From positions 1,757-30,916 of the forward strand of contig CAZHCY010000001.1 of the NCBI GenBank assembly GCA_964531185.1: a DNA stretch of 29,160 nt, read 5' to 3'. Of this stretch, positions 26,939 to 29,160 are shown piece after piece (position 1 is the stretch's first letter; each line of letters starts with the position of its first letter). A program made the translations under genes and the position numbers. Source of the DNA: an uncultured Desulfovibrionales bacterium (lineage in GTDB: Bacteria > Desulfobacterota > Desulfovibrionia > Desulfovibrionales > Desulfonatronovibrionaceae). Below the pieces are notes generated by a model that had not been told where the DNA came from, did not search any database, and saw nothing but the letters and a program-made list of their open reading frames with translations.

Positions 26939-27089
26939 TTGACGTATATTCTTAAAATATTGTGATTTATGAATCATGTTACATGACAGGCCTGTAATCT
27001 CTCGGTCGGGTCGCAGCGGCTTTGGATGGAGAATCCTGTTGAAGGAGAAGCTGCTGGTGCAACAAAGAGAAGATGCTTGCAGAAAAGAC

Positions 27090-27122
27090 GAAAGCCCCGG
27101 GCAGTGCATGCCCAGGGCTTTC
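27090..27122. terminator. Intrinsic terminator-like hairpin
   Basis: GAAAGCCC-C-GGGCA gtgca TGCCC-A-GGGCTTTC inverted repeat downstream of the rhuM remnant. Confidence 0.6.
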
Positions 27123-27164
27123 CCGTAAATTAGAACCGCCTCGAAGTACGGTTTTGTTGTCTGG

Positions 27165-27410
27165 CTACCCGGTGTGAACAGTTTCGGCGTGGGCCTTGGC
27201 GATTTCCGCCGTAACCTTTCCCTTTCCTTGCAGGATTTGCCGATCGCTGAACTCTAAAAAAGCGTCGAGCCGCTTGGCCCAGTCCTCCATGGTCATCGGA
27301 ATCTTGCGGCGGGCGCGGTCCTCGGCCAGATCGAGATAGGCGTTGACGATTCGGCCAAGGGACTCCAGTTCGTCACGGGTTCGGATCAGTTTTTTGTCGC
27401 GATCAGTCAT
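27165..27410 (-). pseudogene. rhuM: RhuM-family (virulence RhuM / DNA-binding) gene remnant
   Basis: DELESLGRIVNAYLDLAEDRARRKIPMTMEDWAKRLDAFLEF..ILQGKGKVTAEIAKAHAE is the recognisable C-terminal part of RhuM proteins, but the ORF is only 81 aa and lacks the usual EFEKY tail. Confidence 0.75.
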
Positions 27411-27487
27411 AGCTATATTGCAATGTTTGTAAATTTAATCATCATGTTAGCGTAGGTCACCCCGCCGTTCCATACCTTGAAGGCGCC

Positions 27488-29065
27488 TCATCTCTTTCTT
27501 CTTACGGCCGGCTTGGCGCAGAGCGTGTCGAGAATCTCAAGAAGGCGTTTTTTGCGGAAATGTTCTTTTCGCAAGCCAGCAAGATACTGAGCCCATTCTG
27601 CTTCTCTCTTCTCCCGGATCATGACCTTGGCAGCTTTCCGCAGATAACCCGCCGCCTCGTGATATGCGCTCGGCTTGACCCGGGCTATCTCCTGTTCGGC
27701 CAGGTCCTTCCAGATCGCCACGGCTCGGTCCGGGGAGTAAGTCGTTATGGCCGTCGCGACCTTTTGGTCCAGTGAGCTGTGCCGAGATATGTGTTTTCTG
27801 GAGGCACTGTCATACCAGCGCAACACTTCCTCGGGCTGTTCCTCCTGGATGGCGATTTCGATCAGTGTGGAAAACTTGGGGTAGGTGTCACGCCGTTCGG
27901 GTTTCGGAGCATCCTTGCCAGGAGCCGGCAAGGGCCATTCGGGATGTTTCCAGGGAAGCTGGCCGCTGGCCAGGTGTTCAAGCAGGGCGTGGCGGATTTT
28001 CGGCCATGCACCGAGGCGGTCCGCTACATCCTTACAATTCTCGAACGTCCTCACTGAGGGGCTGCGAACAAACTCCTCTATCTGGAGGATGGCCACTGAG
28101 GACCAGTCTTGTTGACGGGTTCTGATGGTCAGCAGCGTCCCCCGAAGCTGGGAGGCGATCCCCGAATATTCCTTCTGTGTTGCTGCAATGCCCTTACGAA
28201 TCCAGCGTTCCGCATCTTCATAGTGTTCCAAGGCAATCAGGCGGTTGACGAGACGCACATAGCTGTCTGTTTTTTGGGCTTCGGTTTCGCAAAGGGGGAT
28301 GATCTCCTCGTTCCTGCCGGCCTGTTCCAGGGCGTGGATAGTCCAGTCGGCTATAAGGTCTCGCTTGTAGTCACGGCTGAAGTCGCCCTTACGAAAATCA
28401 TCTGTGCCCAGCCGCTTGAGAAGACTGTCAGCCACAGCATTCCAGGCGAACACGGGATGCTCTTGCTGCAGGTAGTCGACAAGGTCGTCGCAAAGGTCGA
28501 AGGGGTCGTCGAGTACCAGATCCAAGGCCCACATGATCCTTTCAACCTCTGACAGAGAAGAGGCCGCCAAAGCGCGCGGAAGCACCCCTATGCAACCGGA
28601 TACCTCCTCAGCCGTTTCGCCCTCATCGTGGCTCATTTCAATTTGGCTGATGCCCCTATCGATAAGCTCCTTGCCAAGGGAGAGCACTTCGTCAGCATGG
28701 CCAGCGACCAGCAAGGCTTCAAGCCTGTCGCGGATGCCGGAGTAGTCAGGGGTGTGACCTTCGTCGTCCCAGTGATTCCGCCAGGCAGGTTCGCTGCTGA
28801 CCTCGCAAATTTCCCTGCGCAGGCGGGCTCTGAGCGAGGCGACATCTCCGCAGTGTACTTGGACCATGTCCAGGAGTGCAGACGCGATCCCTGGATAAGT
28901 CTCCACAAACCCAAGGATCATTTTGACCAGCTCCGCTTTCGTCTTCTTGTTGAGCAGATTCTCCACCTGAACCAGAATCTTTCTGGAGAGATCCGGCCCG
29001 TATACTTCGTCGTCATCCCAGGAAAGGGAGTCGAAAAGTTGCGATTTGTTCAGTTTACTGGACAT
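27488..29065 (-). CDS. Helical hypothetical protein resembling the C-terminal portion of SWIM zinc-finger family proteins (no SWIM motif present)
   Basis: EPAWRNHWDDEGHTPDYSGIRDRLEALL..GHADEVL, SHDEGETAEEV, YVRLVNRLI, AYHEAAGYLRK, KKRLLEILD; no CxC-xn-CxH; probable start ATG 29065 (MSSKLNK). Confidence 0.6.
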   Translation of the reverse strand: MSSKLNKSQLFDSLSWDDDEVYGPDLSRKILVQVENLLNKKTKAELVKMILGFVETYPGIASALLDMVQVHCGDVASLRARLRREICEVSSEPAWRNHWDDEGHTPDYSGIRDRLEALLVAGHADEVLSLGKELIDRGISQIEMSHDEGETAEEVSGCIGVLPRALAASSLSEVERIMWALDLVLDDPFDLCDDLVDYLQQEHPVFAWNAVADSLLKRLGTDDFRKGDFSRDYKRDLIADWTIHALEQAGRNEEIIPLCETEAQKTDSYVRLVNRLIALEHYEDAERWIRKGIAATQKEYSGIASQLRGTLLTIRTRQQDWSSVAILQIEEFVRSPSVRTFENCKDVADRLGAWPKIRHALLEHLASGQLPWKHPEWPLPAPGKDAPKPERRDTYPKFSTLIEIAIQEEQPEEVLRWYDSASRKHISRHSSLDQKVATAITTYSPDRAVAIWKDLAEQEIARVKPSAYHEAAGYLRKAAKVMIREKREAEWAQYLAGLRKEHFRKKRLLEILDTLCAKPAVRRKR

Positions 29066-29160
29066 TTTGCTTAAGCCCTCTGTGCCAATGAGAGTGAGAC
29101 ACCAACCGTTTGAATAATTAAGCAAAGGCGGTTAAGGTGAATCACATGATGTATACAACA

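Noticed and set aside
27131-27170. GAACCGCC...GTACGGTT...CTACCCGG resembling group II intron domain V/VI
   Set aside because: Stem too short, lacks the D5 geometry, and no RT gene or intron 5' end is nearby
27440-27487. Possible integron attC site after the SWIM-like gene (CGCTAAC on the minus strand)
   Set aside because: No matching GTTRRRY core, no paired L boxes, and no integrase in the window
1-29160. tRNA, rRNA, CRISPR array or transposase/integrase genes
   Set aside because: No cloverleaf, rRNA signature, regularly spaced repeat-spacer array or recombinase motif was seen

Overview
Window from a Desulfovibrionales-like sulfate reducer (inferred from gene order and protein style; betaine uptake fits a saline or alkaline niche). 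The left half is core genome: the tail of a sensor kinase, an NtrC-family sigma54 response regulator, an orphan mini flagellar-rod protein, and the minus-strand envelope cluster lysS-lolC/E-lolD-bamA-skp-lpxD-fabZ-lpxA-lpxI. A 1.2-kb gene-free gap and a proVWX/opuA glycine-betaine ABC transporter follow. The right half (16.7-29.1 kb) is accessory and entirely minus-strand. It holds a six-gene cluster: a secreted tautomerase/MIF-like + alpha/beta-hydrolase fusion, a second secreted alpha/beta-hydrolase, an unknown lipoprotein, a DUF1566 protein whose signal peptide starts at ATA, an NCS2 permease lacking canonical substrate-binding residues and fused to a degenerate RsbW-like domain, and a 7TM hybrid kinase ending in a ChiS-like DNA-binding domain. 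This cluster is the best candidate for an undescribed sensing/hydrolysis system. Upstream of it lie a RhuM remnant and a SWIM-family-like protein, both apparently with in-frame internal deletions. A family of short GTAA...TTAC (IS66-like) miniature inverted-repeat elements sits in three intergenic spaces. All family assignments come from motif recognition by eye; no searches were run.
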